Notes: generated by a model from the sequence alone, not told the origin. A DNA stretch of 64,000 nt from Sphaerodactylus townsendi (GCF_021028975.2 NC_059439.1:24056001-24120000), one strand, 5' to 3'. Positions 37,726 to 51,708 are shown, counted from the first letter of the stretch. Numbers and translations: made by a program.

Positions 37726-37913
37726 TGGGTGCTGTGTGGTTTCCGGGCTGTATGGCCGTGTTCTAGCAGCATTCTCTCCTGACGTTTCGCCTGCATCTGT
37801 GGCTGGCATCTTCAGAGGATCTGAAGATGCCAGCTTCTGTCCACAAGCCTTTACTAAGCAAACCGCCCTGAAGCACAAATATATCGATGCGGTCGTGAAA
37901 GCCTTTGACAATA
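37726..37913 (+). mobile_element. Penelope-like fold-back element
   Basis: 13-bp TSD cacttaatgtatt (37713-37725 / 37914-37926); tail gtgaaagcctttgacaata; one arm garbled. Confidence 0.8.
37777..37819 (-). ncRNA. Minimal type I hammerhead ribozyme motif
   Basis: Reverse complement is identical to the 13498-13540 motif. Confidence 0.65.
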
Positions 37914-38284
37914 CACTTAATGTATTAATTGTTTTTTTTTAAGCAGAGGTGCAGCATGGCCTGTGATTCTTGACTACAGGGTAGGAAACTCATGAGAAGA
38001 AGGTGTAGTTTGGGGACAGTCCAAATGCACAGATCCCACATGGTGTCCAAATGCTAGGATTACCACCACCAGGGTAGGAAAACTCCTGGTGAATTAGGGG
38101 TAAAGCAAGGTGGGTATGGACATTGGCGAGGGAGTAAATGGGAGTGGTGTGCAGAGCATGTTCTTGAAGAAGCCGTGTCCTAAGAGGAAATGATCTCCGT
38201 ACTTCACAATACAGGGGAAATTCCTGGGTAATTTTGGGCTCCACCTGAAGATTGCCAATCTGCTGAGAAAACAGCATTGCTCCC

Positions 38285-38794
38285 CAGAGGCATAGCTACA
38301 AGGGGGGAGCCCTGGGGGGGGTGTCGCACCAGGCTCCTGCCTGGGGGAAAAAAAATTTAAGATTTGTTTTTTTGTATTTTTAGTGCTTTTCAGTTTTTGG
38401 CCTGCAGGGGGCGCAGTTTTAAGGCTAGCAGTACCAAAATTTCAGGGAGTTTTTGGGGGACTCTCCTGATGATGCCACCCATGTTAGGTGAAGTTTGGTT
38501 CAGAGTCCCAAAGTTATGGACTCCCAAAGGGGTTGCCCATCCCACATTGTTTCCAATAGGGAGCTAATAGGAGATGGGGGCTGCGCTTTTGAGAGTCCTT
38601 TCAGACCTGAACAAACACAAACTAAATGCTGGTATCATCAGGATAATCTCAAAAGGCCACCCTGAGAATGTTTATGCTACTGTAGCCCACAAAACTGTGC
38701 CTACCAACTGAAATCTAAAAAACACAAACCAACATGGGAAAGGGCAGCAGAACTGATTTTGCACTGGGCTCCATTTTCTCTAGCTACGCCTCTG
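38285..38794. mobile_element. hAT-like non-autonomous element
   Basis: cagaggcatagcta ... tagctacgcctctg TIR, 8-bp TSD ttgctccc. Confidence 0.85.
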
Positions 38795-39297
38795 TTGCTC
38801 CCCCACATGTCTTTTTTGATGGAAGATGCAGGGGAAATGCCCCCTGTTACTCATCTGAAACTCGCTGTGGGATCAATCTCCTATAAGCACAGTTTTTTTA
38901 AAAATTGGGTTACCCCAAGTCCAGTTTTCAGTAGTGTGAACCCCAACAATTTTGCTGACAACACAATGGGATCTTTCTAGCTTATCTGAGGTTTCAAAGG
39001 AGGTTGCAAAATCAAATCACCACATTTTCCTGCCTCCACCCTTGTTATGCTTTTTCCTCTTGCCACCTCTTCAGTGGAATAAATATCTATGATTCTGAGG
39101 AAGGAATAGTAGTGAAAGAGAAGTAAATGGAAATGACAGGGGGGGCTTTTTTCCATATCTGCCAAAGAGAGCATTGATATGAAGATGCTCAACTTGAATC
39201 TAGGTGATATATTGGTGACCATCATGGCTACCCTAAAAAACAAATTTGTTTCTTTAATGACTGCTGACTTTAATATTACCTTGATTTAAGAAGAAGA

Positions 39298-41183
39298 AGA
39301 CTGGAAGATGGCCAATGTCACACAAATCTTTAAGAAAGACTGGAAGATGGCCAATGTCACACCAATCTTTAAGAAAGGATCTAGGGGGGACCCGGGAAAT
39401 TACAGGCCAGTCAGTTTGACATCTGTTCCTGGCAAATTAGTAGAATCTATCATTAAAGATAAAATTATTAAACATGTAGAAAAGCAAGACCTGCTGAGAA
39501 AGTCAGCATGTAGCTTTTGCAGAGGCAAATCACCAACTTACAAACTTACTAGGAGTTTTTTGAGGATATGTAAACAGGTATGTGGATAAGGAGGGAACCA
39601 GTGGACATTGTCTACTTGGATTTCCAAAAGGCTTTTGACAAAGTTCCTCACCAGAGACTATTGAGAGAAACTCAGCAATCCAAGGAATTAAGAGGGAGGA
39701 GATCACTCCTATGGTTAAAAACTGGTTTGAGAAACGAAGGAAGCAAAAGGCCGTTTATGCCTGACCTCCCGGTCGCCCCGCCCGGCCGAGAGTTTAGCCC
39801 GGCGTGGAAGGCAGGCTCCTACTTCGCCGCGAAGCGTCGCGACGGCAGAAACACCGAGGAAGAGCGGCAGAGGCGAAGCTCCCGCCGCAGGCCGCCTGTT
39901 CCTCTCCCTCCCACTTACCGTGTCCTTCCGTGCGCTTCTGCGAGGCGTCGCAGCCCGCCCACGCTGCCCTCAAACCCCTGGAGAGTCGGGAGGACAGGTG
40001 TGGCCGAATTTCTGACACTGGCTGGCAGAAAGAGCTACCGATAGTGGAAGGAAGAAAGAGGCTGAAATCTTCTTGGCCTTGATTCGCGCAGCGCCGCCAG
40101 AAGAGCGCTCCTCTAATAACAACCCTTTAAGGGTTGTTGTTTGCAGAAACGACCTAGAGGCCGCCCTGCTTGAAGAAGCAGCGGCGCCTGTCTTGACAGC
40201 TGACCTGAGGCGGCGTTTTACCGCCCCAGGCGTCGATATTTGGGCGTGCATAGCTTGACCAAGGGAGTAGATGTAAATGGGGAAATTCTCACAATGGAGA
40301 GATGTAAGGAGTGGTGTCCCCCAAGGATCCGTTTTGGGACCAGTGCTCTTTAACCTATTCATAAATGACCTGGAAGTAGGGGTGGGTAGCGTGGTGGCCA
40401 AGTTTGCAGATGATACCAAATTATGTAGTGTGGTGAGAACCGCAAAGGATTGCGGAGAGCTCCAAGCGGACCTTGATAAATTAGGTGAGTGGGCTAAGAA
40501 ATGGCAAATGCAGTTCAATGTAGCACTTGGAGTACTGTGTTCAGTTCTGGTCGCCATATCTCAAAAAGGATATTGAAGAGATAGAAAAAGTGCAGAGAAG
40601 GGCAACGAGGATGATTGAGGGACTGGAGCACCTTCCTTATGAGGAGAGGCTGCAGAGTTTGGGACTCTTTAGCTTGGAGAGGAGACGTCTGAGGGGAGAT
40701 ATGATTGAAGTCTATAAAATTATGCATGGGGTAGAAAATGTTGACAGAGAGAAATTTTTCTCTCTTTCTCACAATACTAGAACCAGGGGAATACATGGGA
40801 AAATGCTGGGGGAAGAATTAGGACTAATAAAAGGAAACACTTCTTCCACTTAGCGTGTGATTGGACCAATTGTTTGGAATATGCTACCTACAGGAGGTGG
40901 TGATGGCCACTAACCTGGATAGCTTTAAAAGGGGCTTGGACAGATTTATGGAGGAGAAGTTGATTTATGGCTACCAATCTTGATCCTCTTTGATCTGAGA
41001 TTGCAAATGCCTTAACAGTCCAGGTGCTCGGGAGCAACAGCCGCAGAAGGCCATTGCTTTCACATCCTGCATGTGAGCTCCCAAAGGCACCTGGTGGGCC
41101 ACTGCGAGTAGCAGAGAGCTGGACTAGATGGACTCTGGTCTGATCCAGCTGGTTTGTTCTTATGTTCTTATGTTATTATGTTC
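39298..41183 (+). mobile_element. CR1 LINE, 5'-truncated and degenerate RT
   Basis: GNYRPVSLTS, YLDFQKAFDKVPH, GVPQGSVLGP, FADD motifs; (TTCTTATG)n tail; TSD ttaagaagaaga. Confidence 0.92.
39749..40260. mobile_element. GC-rich Harbinger-like element nested in CR1
   Basis: Interrupts the CR1 RT between ...RKQ and VNGKFS; family core and hairpin present. Confidence 0.7.
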
Positions 41184-41187
41184 TTAA

Positions 41188-41510
41188 GAAGAAGAGGAGG
41201 AGGAGGAGGAGGAGGAGAAGGAGTTTGGATTTATATCCCCCCTTTCTCTCCTGTAGGAGACTCAAAGGAGCTTACAATCTCCTTAACCTTCCCCCCTCAC
41301 AACAAACATCCTGTGAGGTGGGTGGGGCTGAGAGAACTCCAAGAAGCTTTGATTAGCCCAAGGTCACCCAGCTGGCGTGTGTGGGAGTGTACAGGTTAAT
41401 CTGAATTCCCCAGATAAGCCTCCACAGCTCAGGCGGCAGAGCGGAGAATCAAACCTTGTTCCTCCAGATTGGATACACGAGCTCTTAATCTCCTATTCCA
41501 CTGCTGCTCC
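41188..41510 (-). mobile_element. tRNA-derived SINE (Squam3-like)
   Basis: Same family; TSD atttaag at 39284-39290 / 41511-41517, separated by a nested CR1. Confidence 0.85.
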
Positions 41511-41631
41511 ATTTAAGTTGTTCAAGGCAGCATCAATGAGACTTCCTATTGCTCTTTGAGTTATGACTGGGTGCATTATGACTGAGTCAACTTAGTGCTT
41601 CATTTTGAAAACTACTGGCTTATGCAACTGT

Positions 41632-41772
41632 GGCCCCTTCCGCACACGCAAAATAATGCATTTTCAAACTACTTTCACAACTGTTTGCAAGTGGATTTTG
41701 GTATTCCACACAGCTTCAAAGAGCACTGACAGCAGTTTGAAAGTGCATTATTCTGCATGTGCGGAATGAGCC
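41632..41772. mobile_element. 141-bp Harbinger-type MITE upstream of gene E
   Basis: TSD tgt/tgt. Confidence 0.85.
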
Positions 41773-42156
41773 TGTATGATATTAAAAAAACAAGCTTGTT
41801 CATCCAGAATGCCACATACAGCTTATAAATCAGGTCCCCTGTAATTACTAAAACAACTGTAATTAATTCTACTGCTTCCTGAATTCCCTGTAGAAAATAA
41901 GCTGAAGCCACAGACAAAACTAATTAAAACAATAGTGGAGGGTGGCATATTCTGGGGTGATTTGTGCCACTTTTAAACTCCTGACTTCAAGCCCATCCAT
42001 GCTCAGCTGACCTCTAGTCAGAACAATGTCATAATTGAAACAGGTGGCACACTTTGAGGACTACAAAGTCCAAGAGCTACAGAACCACTAAAGCTCGGTT
42101 ACTGTTATTGATGCAAACTGGGGAGCCTATTACAAGAGACAGAGTTTGCCCTTAGG

Positions 42157-42374
42157 ATGTTGATGGTAGTGATGGTGGTTTTGCTGGTTTTAAGTCATGG
42201 TGTGGGCAAGGTTTGTGTTCTTCAGTGTTCTGCTGTGGATAGCTACCCCATTCTTCATAAGTATCTTCAGCCAGGAGATCTTATCATTGGTGCCATTGTA
42301 TCTCAGACCTTCTTTATCACCAGTCCAAAAGACTTCAAGTGCCAACCTCCTGGAATACTTTCTGAATACTTTGT
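42157..42374 (+). CDS. V2R gene E exon 1
   Basis: ATG MLMVVMVVLLVLS; YLQPGDLIIG; GT|gtatgt; 218 bp. Confidence 0.9.
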
Positions 42375-44362
42375 GTATGTAATTTAAGACTTCTTTTGGT
42401 GACAGAATGTGCCCAGTTTATGTTTTCCATCTGGATAATCATATAGGTGGCCTCCTGATATTGTGGTTTCCATTCCTAGAAATTGCCTCCCACCTAGGTC
42501 TGCTTCACCATTTCACACAGAGACATTTCAAGGGGGAGGGTGGTCAAAAGCAGCTCCAAGTCTCCTAGCATGAGGAGATCAATTGAAATGCATAACTTTC
42601 TTGGCAGGTATGGATCACTTTTGTTGTTTAGAACATGAAAATGCAATGCTACACTTACTAAATCAAAATCATTTTGTATGAACTTCTGTACACTAGGTCT
42701 TCTGTTCGCATGTTTTGTTTAAAGATCTTCACCTTTGTTAAATTAATATTAATGCTTTATTTAGCAGTATGGTTATATTGGATATAAATAATTCTATTTA
42801 GTTGCCATTTGTATATGCATGCACCACTCCTCCTCTTAACATTGTGCCACACCATAATCATTTTGCCATTCCATTTTGCCATACCATAATCAAGGGACAT
42901 GAAATAAGCTGTACTAAACAAAATAGACTTGTAGCCCCAAAACATGGTGAAATACAGAGCAGGTTTAAACAGTTTCACAAATAAAGTGGCCAGCTAGAAT
43001 CATCTTAAACATAGCCTAGCAGCAATACCAGTCCTGAATCTGAAATAATAGAATGATCTGGAAGGCACTGTTTTTTTAATTATAAGAATGGTTCCAGAAA
43101 GGTAAGATGTGAATAATATCCTCCCAGTAGTAGATAGCTACAATGCACCATGTTGGTTCTTGAACTTTGTTCTTTTTGAGGACTGTTCTGGTCCTTTCTT
43201 TGATCTTTATGAACCACCCTGTTTTCTGAATTCAGGGATGATTGCTTCTCAAGGCCTACAGTTGTTTTGATCCACCATTCTCAGAAGCTAGGAAACTGAC
43301 CACTGCAGGAACTAGAAAAAAAGCCAGTGCCCATACACAGCTGCTATAACATGGCTTCCTGCCTGCAGAGCACTACAATACAATACAATACAATACAATA
43401 GACCTTTATTGGCATAAAATACAAAAGCGTGAGTATAGACCATCACTAAATTTAAAAGAGTTGTACATGGTGTCTATGAGTAGTTTTACATTCTAAAATC
43501 ACACTTCATTTATAAAAATAACGTAGATTAAAAAAATTTGTCCATTCCATTGTACACGGGATTGTGAACAGGTATAGCAAAACTACACTTAAAAGACAGG
43601 ATTAAGATATTCGTTATTCATAGCCTATTTACTAAAAAGGTATAGCCTTCCCCAAGATCTATAAATTGTATATACTAATTAATACTATAAATTACTATAA
43701 TACTATAAATTACTAATACTATCAATTACTAATACCTGCAGAGCACTAGTGATACAGGAGCATAGGAATGCTACAAAAAGCCAATGTGGTATAGTGAGTA
43801 AAAGCAGGTCATCTCTAATGAACAGGTGTTTCCCCCCACTTCTACACCTGAAGTCTGCTGGGTGACCTTGGACTAGTCACACTCTCAGAACTCTCTAAGC
43901 TCCATCTATCCCACAAAGGTGGATTCCACACGGCATACGTGTAGCATGTCACAGTCACGATAAAGGAACCCGTTTTCTTTCTTTCCATTCAAATGTGTGC
44001 CCTTCAGCTGTTCAGGCAGTGATTGGAGCCCATGGAAGCAATCCGGGTTTCTTTCGCATCTTCACCCTGAGACACTTCTCTTCTTTTTTCCCCCCCTGCA
44101 ATTCATGCGTAGCTGTGAAGGGGATAGGAGGCAGGATATAATTGAAAGAGATAAAGGGGTTTTAACAATGTTACTCATTCTTACTTCAAATATGAACCAT
44201 ATTCAAGTATAACATATGCTGACGAGCCTCGAACAATAATGGTTACACAAAAGGTTTCTTGAATTTTCATAATGTAATAGCAATAAAAAAAATATATGCC
44301 TTAGTGATGTACATTTTACCCCCAAAAAATGATGTGATGGAAACTATAAATCTTCACTACAG

Positions 44363-44654
44363 GCCGATTCCTCAGAACTATCAGCACATCCTGGCTTTGG
44401 CATTTGCTGTCAAGGAGATCAACGAAAATCCACAGATCTTGCCAAATCTCACTCTGGGGTTTCACATCTATGACAGCTATCTGAATCCAAGACTGACATA
44501 TCGTGCAGCTCTGCAACATATTTCCCCAAGGGACAGATTTGTCCCCAACTACGCATGTGATCTTCAGGATAATGTGCAAGCAGTTCTTGAAGACATTAAT
44601 TCAGATAATTCACAATTTGTCCACAATCTTTTGAGCATCTACAAGATCCCACAG
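44363..44654 (+). CDS. V2R gene E exon 2
   Basis: tacag|G ... CAG|gtatg; 292 bp open. Confidence 0.92.
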
Positions 44655-44839
44655 GTATGGAGTCAGTGTGGGATACATAGGTTTGCCGATTATTTACCTG
44701 CACTATTGTTAACCAGATGCTGATTTCTTTTTACATGATCATGATCTGATTTAACCTGTTTTGTTTGACAAAAGAAGATGGTAAAACAACCTCTTCACAC
44801 ATTCTTTCCTGCCTTTAGTATCCATTGTTAGTATTCATT

Positions 44840-46830
44840 GCTGAAGTAGTTCTGGGTGTATGTTCTGGATAGAATTCTATTTTTAAAAACATATCTTTAA
44901 TTCATGATCAAAATTACTTTACAGGCAGTATGCAGTTCATTTGACAGTATACACATTTCGGGAGTGAGCAAACTCTCTGGATGGTTCACGCCTACGGTTT
45001 GAATCATGTAACATTGCTGAGCAACCATTCCATGTTCATTAATGTCAGTTTGGGGAGAAAACACAGTCTTGGAACCTTATATCACAGAAAGAGCATCACG
45101 TTCCACGATGCACTTCCATATCATTAAACAAAGCCATCTACCACAACTTTTTGAATGAGGGAATATTTCCTTTGGGCGAACTCTTTGAATGAGGAATAGC
45201 TCTTGAACTCGCCTCCTGCCTGGAGTGGGCTTTATAAGTAAGGCGTTGCTGGCATCGCATGTTATGTATACACACCTCTGTAAAGCCAGCGGCATGCTTT
45301 TCCTAGTCTTTGCTGGCTGGGACACAAAGTGTCTGATAAGATGTCCCTTTTGTTTTCATTTCTCCTCTTCATGAATCACTGGAGGTACCACATTGCCAAA
45401 GTTTTGGCAATGACTTCTGCCCCATCACTTTTTTTGTCTTGTTGTCGGGTTGATGGTCTTAATCAGCGTGCTTCATTAAGGCCCTTTCCGCACACGCAAA
45501 ATAATGCGTTTTCAAATCACTTTCACAACTGTTTGCAAGTGGATTTTGCTATTCCGCACAGCTTCAAAAAGCACTGAAAGCAGTTTGAAAGTGCATTATT
45601 CTGCATGTGCGGAATGAGCCTAAGTGAAGAAACCATGGATACTGGCATGATTCCAGTTCCTCCTTGCCCCTCATGCCCACCTTAATGAAGCAGAGCTGAC
45701 CTACTACAGCTGTGGTTAATCAGGAGAGCTGCATTTCACCTTAGAATTGCATTCTAGATTTTTTTAAAAGCCCAGTAAGCCTTTCCCTCCTCTTGGTAGA
45801 GGTGGTGCCATGATGATGATGATGCAGCCAGATGTGCCCAGATTGCTTTTCCAGAGAAATCCTTTCTAGCATCTAGGGGGATTTTGCAATCTTGTTTTTT
45901 TTTGCAATATTGTTCAGGAGCTAGCCATATTTGAACAAAGGATGGCAACAGATTGGAATCAGAAAGATCCAACCTTCTTAAAAACATGCTGGACACTGCC
46001 CATTCTATGATGCAAGGGCCTGTGGAGCTTATATTGCTTTATGCTGATAGTGCAGCTTTGTTGCCCCCCTCGCAAGTGGATTTAAAATGCTTACTGAATT
46101 GAGTACTGCATGACGAATAGATTGGAAATGTACTATGAGAAATCAAAAGTCCTTATCTTTTCAAAAGCCTGGAAAAAATTGGGGAATAAACCACAATAGA
46201 ATAGAACAGATCCAACCTTTTAAGTAGCTAGACCTAAATTTCCAATATTGCACATCTTGGACCTCTCACAGTAAGTCAGGAATAAATACAGCCAAAACTA
46301 GTGCCTTGGCCATTACATTTGTTACTTCTCTTTAAATACCTGGAAACTACATATCTAGCGCACTGCATTAAAAAGGGTTCTCAGTGCTAAAGATTGCTCA
46401 AGGAAGTAGTTCTGGATGTATGGATAGAGGATTTGGGGTAGAATTCCTATTTTTTAAGCATATCTTGGTAATTCATGATCCAAAATTACTTTTACGGAGC
46501 AGTATATACAGTTCCATTTTGACAGAATACACACACATTTCCTTGGAGTGAGCAAACTCTCTGGATGTGGTTCATTCCTACGGTTTGAATCATGTAACAT
46601 TGCTGAGCAACCATTCCATGTTCATTAATGTCAGTTTGGGGAGAAAGCACAGTCTTGGAACCTTATATCACAGAAAGAGCATCACGTCCCATGATGCACT
46701 TCCATATCATTAAACAAAGCCATCTACCACAACTTTAATGAGCAATATTTCGAATTTTAATGAGGAATAGTTTGAACTCCTCTTGCCTGGAGTGGCTTAT
46801 ATGTTGCTGGCACGATGTATGTATGCACCT
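44840..46830 (+). repeat. ~430-bp direct duplication in gene E intron 2
   Basis: ~44840-45280 vs ~46400-46830, with near-identical cores. Confidence 0.8.
45480..45620. mobile_element. 141-bp Harbinger-type MITE
   Basis: TSD taa/taa. Confidence 0.85.
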
Positions 46831-47920
46831 GAGCCTTTGGGGGAGGGCGGTATATAAATATGATAAATAAATAAATAGATGCCCAATTGCTTTATGGAAT
46901 TCTGCTATGGATTGGTGCTTTCACCCATTCCCTGGAACAAAATCAATCCAAACTCCTGCAGAAAATTTTGCTGGATGCCAAGATGTGTAACATATGCAAC
47001 CCAGTCATAATTAGCTGCGCAGAAAGGGCCTCTGTGGCAATCTAAGGCATGGCTTACAACTTTTAGATGCTGGCTGAGAATACACTATAATTCCAACTTC
47101 CTTAACATCATTTATCAAATGCTGTCAGAATGCAATGTTTCAAATTGGCTTCATGCTACTAAGAAAAAAATAAATAAATCCCTTGGCATATCTAAGGGAT
47201 AAAAGTATATCTCTTGTCATATCCACAGAACAAAAATTATCACTTTTTATTCTCTCAGCATCCGAGGGCATCCAAAAAAATGTAGACTTTTTGAGATCAA
47301 AGCACAACATTTTAATAGTACAGACAATGAGACTGTATAATAGTACAGACCTTTGAGACTGGGGATTCTATTTAATACAGGTCACACCCACCACATATCT
47401 TTACCATCCAAAATCCAAACAAACATAGAGCTTTTTCTTTGGCCAGATTTCTTTTGGCCAGATTTCTTTGGCCAGTGTTATGCCATCTGAAAGTCTCTAT
47501 GGAAGATATTAAAATGTAGCATATTCAGATAGGCATTGCCCTTGTAAGGTGGTCTTTATTTAAACTACCCATCATGCTCTACTTTATTGTCCCTTTTATT
47601 TGGATATCCGAACCAGGTATCAAAGCCCTATTTTAGTAAATAGGACAGAACTTTCTGATTCTTCAATGTTATTCCTTTTCTTGAATAATTCCAAACTTGA
47701 AATGAGCAAGAAAGTAGCAAAGTTTTTGCAAGGTGCTATTAAGCTGCACCAAGATCAGATAAATTGTTTACTTATTCTATCTGTAATTTGTAATTGTGAC
47801 TCACTCTTAACTTTGTTTATCGTTTGATCACGATTGTTTTGTATGTTTTATAAACCAATAACAGTTTTCTGTTGATACCAGAACACATATAAGCACCTCT
47901 TTACAAAAAAAAATCTTTAG

Positions 47921-48769
47921 ATCTTGTATGGCCATGCTCCTGTGATGATGGATTACAGACAGCTCCCATTGTTGTATAATATGGTCCCGAATGAAACCCA
48001 GCAGTTCCTGGGGATTCTTCAATTGCTTCTGCATTTCAACTGGAAGTGGATTGGATTCTTTACTATGATTGGTGTGAATTTAGAGTGGTTTATGCAGAGG
48101 ATGTTTCCAATCTATTCCCAGCATGGCATCTGCTTTGCCTTCATGTATACAAAGCCCAACATAGAAGGCAATGATTATATGAAAGGCTATCTGAAAAGCT
48201 TTTCAAAACTGTATGAAAAAATGATGGGAAGTAGTGCCAACGTAATTATCTTCAAAGGAGAAGATCGCAGTATGATAGTTTTGAGAGGTTTGATAAAATT
48301 AGCACAAACTGAATGCATGATGCCAAAACCAAAAGGTAAAGTCTGGATTGTAACAGCTCACATGGAATTAAAAACCTATGGCACGATAAAGAACTGGGAT
48401 GTGCAAATCTTCCATGGCATGATATCTGTTGCAATTCACTCCAATGAACTTCAGGGATTCCAAGAATTTTTTAAGAGCAGAAAGCCATCCAGCACGGAGG
48501 GAGATGCGTTTCTCAAGGACTTCTGGTCATACACATTTCATTGTGCCTTCCCAAATTCAGTTCTGGGCAATGTGCATCAGGCTAATTGCACAGGAGATGA
48601 GACCCTGAAGGACCTTCCTGCATTTGAAATGAGCATGACTGGTCACAGCTATAGCATCTACAATTCAGTCTATGCTGTTGCTTATGCTTTACATGCTATG
48701 CATTCTTCAAAAATTCAAACAAAGATGCAAGGAGAGAGAGAGAAATTGAAAAACCAGCAACCCTGGCAG
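47921..48769 (+). CDS. V2R gene E exon 3
   Basis: ctttag|ATC ... CAG|gtagc; 849 bp open. Confidence 0.93.
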
Positions 48770-49588
48770 GTAGCTCATCCCTTTTGTAATCTGGAAATCA
48801 ACATTGTCACAGGTTGAGAGTATTTTCAACATAAGTATTACCTCATTCACACCTGAATAAACCTTATGCAGGAGATGTGCAATTCATTCCTATGCCACTG
48901 GCAAGTGACGTAGGTGCCATTTCTGTGATAGTTATAACTCTGTGAATATGACAGACAATCTAGATGTTACAGCAGATACTGTTCACTATAAGGGTCCAAT
49001 ATTTGTGGTTTTTTCTGCATTAGAAAAGATGCAGGAGAAACTATAAGAACCCACCAGACCATGGCCTCACGATCCAGAAAACCTACCACAACCAGTCTCG
49101 CCCCTATCATTTTATTTCATTGTCACCTCTTCTTGATTATAACATTTGTGGGTGCAAAATCATTAAATTCTGGGCAGAATGGTTTTGTTAAGCATTCTTT
49201 AATTTTATTTGTCTTAAATAATAATGGAATATGTAAATATTTTTTATTTTTCTTAAATATTTCTTTCTGTTCTCTTGCCACCATGTGAATGAAGAAATCA
49301 CTTGAAATTCGCTGTTCATGGCCATATTAAAAGGAGATAAGATCTATAATTAACGACTTAATTTTCCTCAATGCTGTCTGACAAAATGTTCCTTCTCTTA
49401 TAAAAAATTCAAGCCTGTTCACTATGAAGGTGTAAATTTGTGTATTCAGATTGAAAAATAATGAAAGGCATAGCCCATTAAAAAGTCCAGTGAACCAATC
49501 AGACTTGTTAGTGAAGTTAGACATAGGAAGTGATGGTAGTCGTTTTTTTTTTTTAAGCGGCAGGCTTCTGTTTCATTTCTCAATGTAG

Positions 49589-49816
49589 CTCCAACACTTT
49601 CTGAGACATGTCTCATTCAACAACAGCGCTGGAGACCAGATTTCCTTTGATCACAATGGAGAATTGATAGCAGGACTTGATATTATCAACTGGGTAACAT
49701 TTCCAAACCAATCTTTTGTTAGAGTAAAAACTGGAAAGATCCCTCCCCAGCCTCTTTCAAAGAAAGGACTTCAGATAGACGACAAATCCGTGGTTTGGCA
49801 AACCCATTTTAACCAG
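49589..49816 (+). CDS. V2R gene E exon 4
   Basis: tgtag|CTC ... CAG|gtagg; 228 bp open (translated by hand: LQHFLRHVSFNNSAGD...FNQ). Confidence 0.92.
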
Positions 49817-50003
49817 GTAGGACTGGAAAGCTGCTTTTTTTAAAGGAAATAGGTAACTGTGGGATGGAGCTGCTTGTGTTCAGGGAGGATCTATCATCAA
49901 TGTTCAGAAACTAGCAACAGCTCATTGTATGCTGTGAGCTCTCTTTATCTGTTTGTGTGTGTGGGTGCTTGGTAAAGCTGAACAGAAGGTGTGTGTGTGT
50001 GGG

Positions 50004-50496
50004 GGGGCTTTCTGCACGGGCCATTTACAGCGCCCTGGGGATGGCAAAAACGCCATCCCCAGGGAGCTGTTCGCACAGGCGGCGCTGCGAAAACGCAGCA
50101 GCGCTGATGTGGCTCCCCTCCCCCTCCCCCAGGGCGGCATCAGGCCGCCTCTCAAAACCTCCCTCCTTGAGGTTTTTGGAAAACAGCGCATTCCCAGCAG
50201 CGCGGTACGAACGGCACCACCGGGAATGCGCTGTTTTCTCTGTCTCTCTCCCACTCACCTCATCGCCTTCGTCGCCCTGCTGGCCTCCTAAGACCCTCCC
50301 TCACTGTCCTCTGACCCCTGGAGGTCGGAGGGCAGCGTGGGTGGGTCTTAGGAGGCCAGCAGGGCGATGAAGGTGACAAGGTGAGTGGGAGAGGGACAGG
50401 GAAGAGGCGGCTCCGTGCGGAGCTGCCTCTCTTGCGCCGGCCTCACCAAATTCCTGCCGGTGCAGGGGCGCCCAAATGGCCCGTGCGGAAAGGGCC
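50004..50496. mobile_element. GC-rich Harbinger-like element in gene E intron 4
   Basis: Close relative of the 34958 element; TSD ggg/ggg. Confidence 0.8.
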
Positions 50497-51224
50497 GGGG
50501 AGAACCTGAAAAACTTTGTTAGTATTTTTTATGTTTTTTTCCACCTGCCAGAAAAAAGCAGCAATAAAAAGCCACTGAAAAGGCAGATTTTGAAAAATTC
50601 TGGTTTCTGTCAGCATTTTTGAGGGCTCATTCGATTGACCATCTTTTTTTAAAGAAAGCAACAACTCTTTCCTCATTTCCTCCCATTCTCCATCCCTAAC
50701 TTAACTGCAGCCTAGTTGAGCCCCACATTGAGTTGCATGTGCTACCTCCAAACTCTATGCAGTGTTTGGAGACAGTATTTGCATCTGAATGTTGGGCTCC
50801 ATTGGGTTGTTTGCAGTGTTGAACTGCATGCTCAGGCTCCCGATCCATATGGATTTCAGACTTAGCCCCCACAGTTGATCACTGCCCTGAGCCTGGATGG
50901 TACAGGGTTCAACTATGTGCCTCTGAATTCTACATGGGTTTTGAAGGCAACAGACAGCCTGAGTTCAGCTATCTGCTGCCTGCCTCCTCCCAGACCCATG
51001 TTAAGATCGGACACAGCCAGATTGTTTAGGTTCAGGTTTAATAACCAGAAAAATTCTGAAGAAACCCCACCCCCCCAAAAAAACCCAATATAGAACATCA
51101 CTTTTATCTGAGGTTTTGAAAATATCCCAGGTCTGTTATACCCAAACTTTAAAAATGTAGAGAACAAAAAATGGAGCACACCCCCATTTTAAGTCAAGAT
51201 AAATACTCTGTTCTTTTGGTTTAG

Positions 51225-51351
51225 GTACAACCTAAGTCCTTATGCAGTGACATTTGTGATCCTGGATATAAGATGACAACAAGGGAAGGGGAGCCATTCT
51301 GCTGTTATGATTGCAGCCCATGTCCAAAAGGAACAATCTCTGTTCATCAAG
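51225..51351 (+). CDS. V2R gene E exon 5
   Basis: tttag|GTA ... G|gtaag; 127 bp; SLCSDICDPGY...EPFCCYDCSPCPKG. Confidence 0.92.
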
Positions 51352-51397
51352 GTAAGAGATGTACAGTACAGAGTTATCAAATGGGTTGACTGTCCCA

Positions 51398-51538
51398 GGC
51401 TGATTCCACATGGGCCAAAAACAGCAGTGAGAAAACGGTGTGAAAACAGTATAAACCCTTTTACACCGTTTTAAACCCTTTTACACCATTTTCACACCAT
51501 TTTCACACTGCTGTTTTTGGCCCATGCGGAATCAGGCC
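51398..51538. mobile_element. Palindromic Harbinger-like MITE
   Basis: ggctgattccacatgggccaaaaacagcagtg ... cactgctgtttttggcccatgcggaatcagg. Confidence 0.7.
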
Positions 51539-51580
51539 TACAGGAACGTTCCTGTAAGACAAAGCAATTTGTAAAACAGA

Positions 51581-51708
51581 GGCCCCTTCCGCACACACAA
51601 AATAATTCGTTTTCAAATTACTTTCACAATTGTTTGCAAGTGGATTTTGCTTCAAAGAGCACTGAAAGCAGTTTGAAAATGCATTATTCTGCATGTGCGG
51701 AATGAGCC
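51581..51708. mobile_element. Harbinger-type MITE (internal deletion)
   Basis: TSD aga/aga. Confidence 0.85.
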
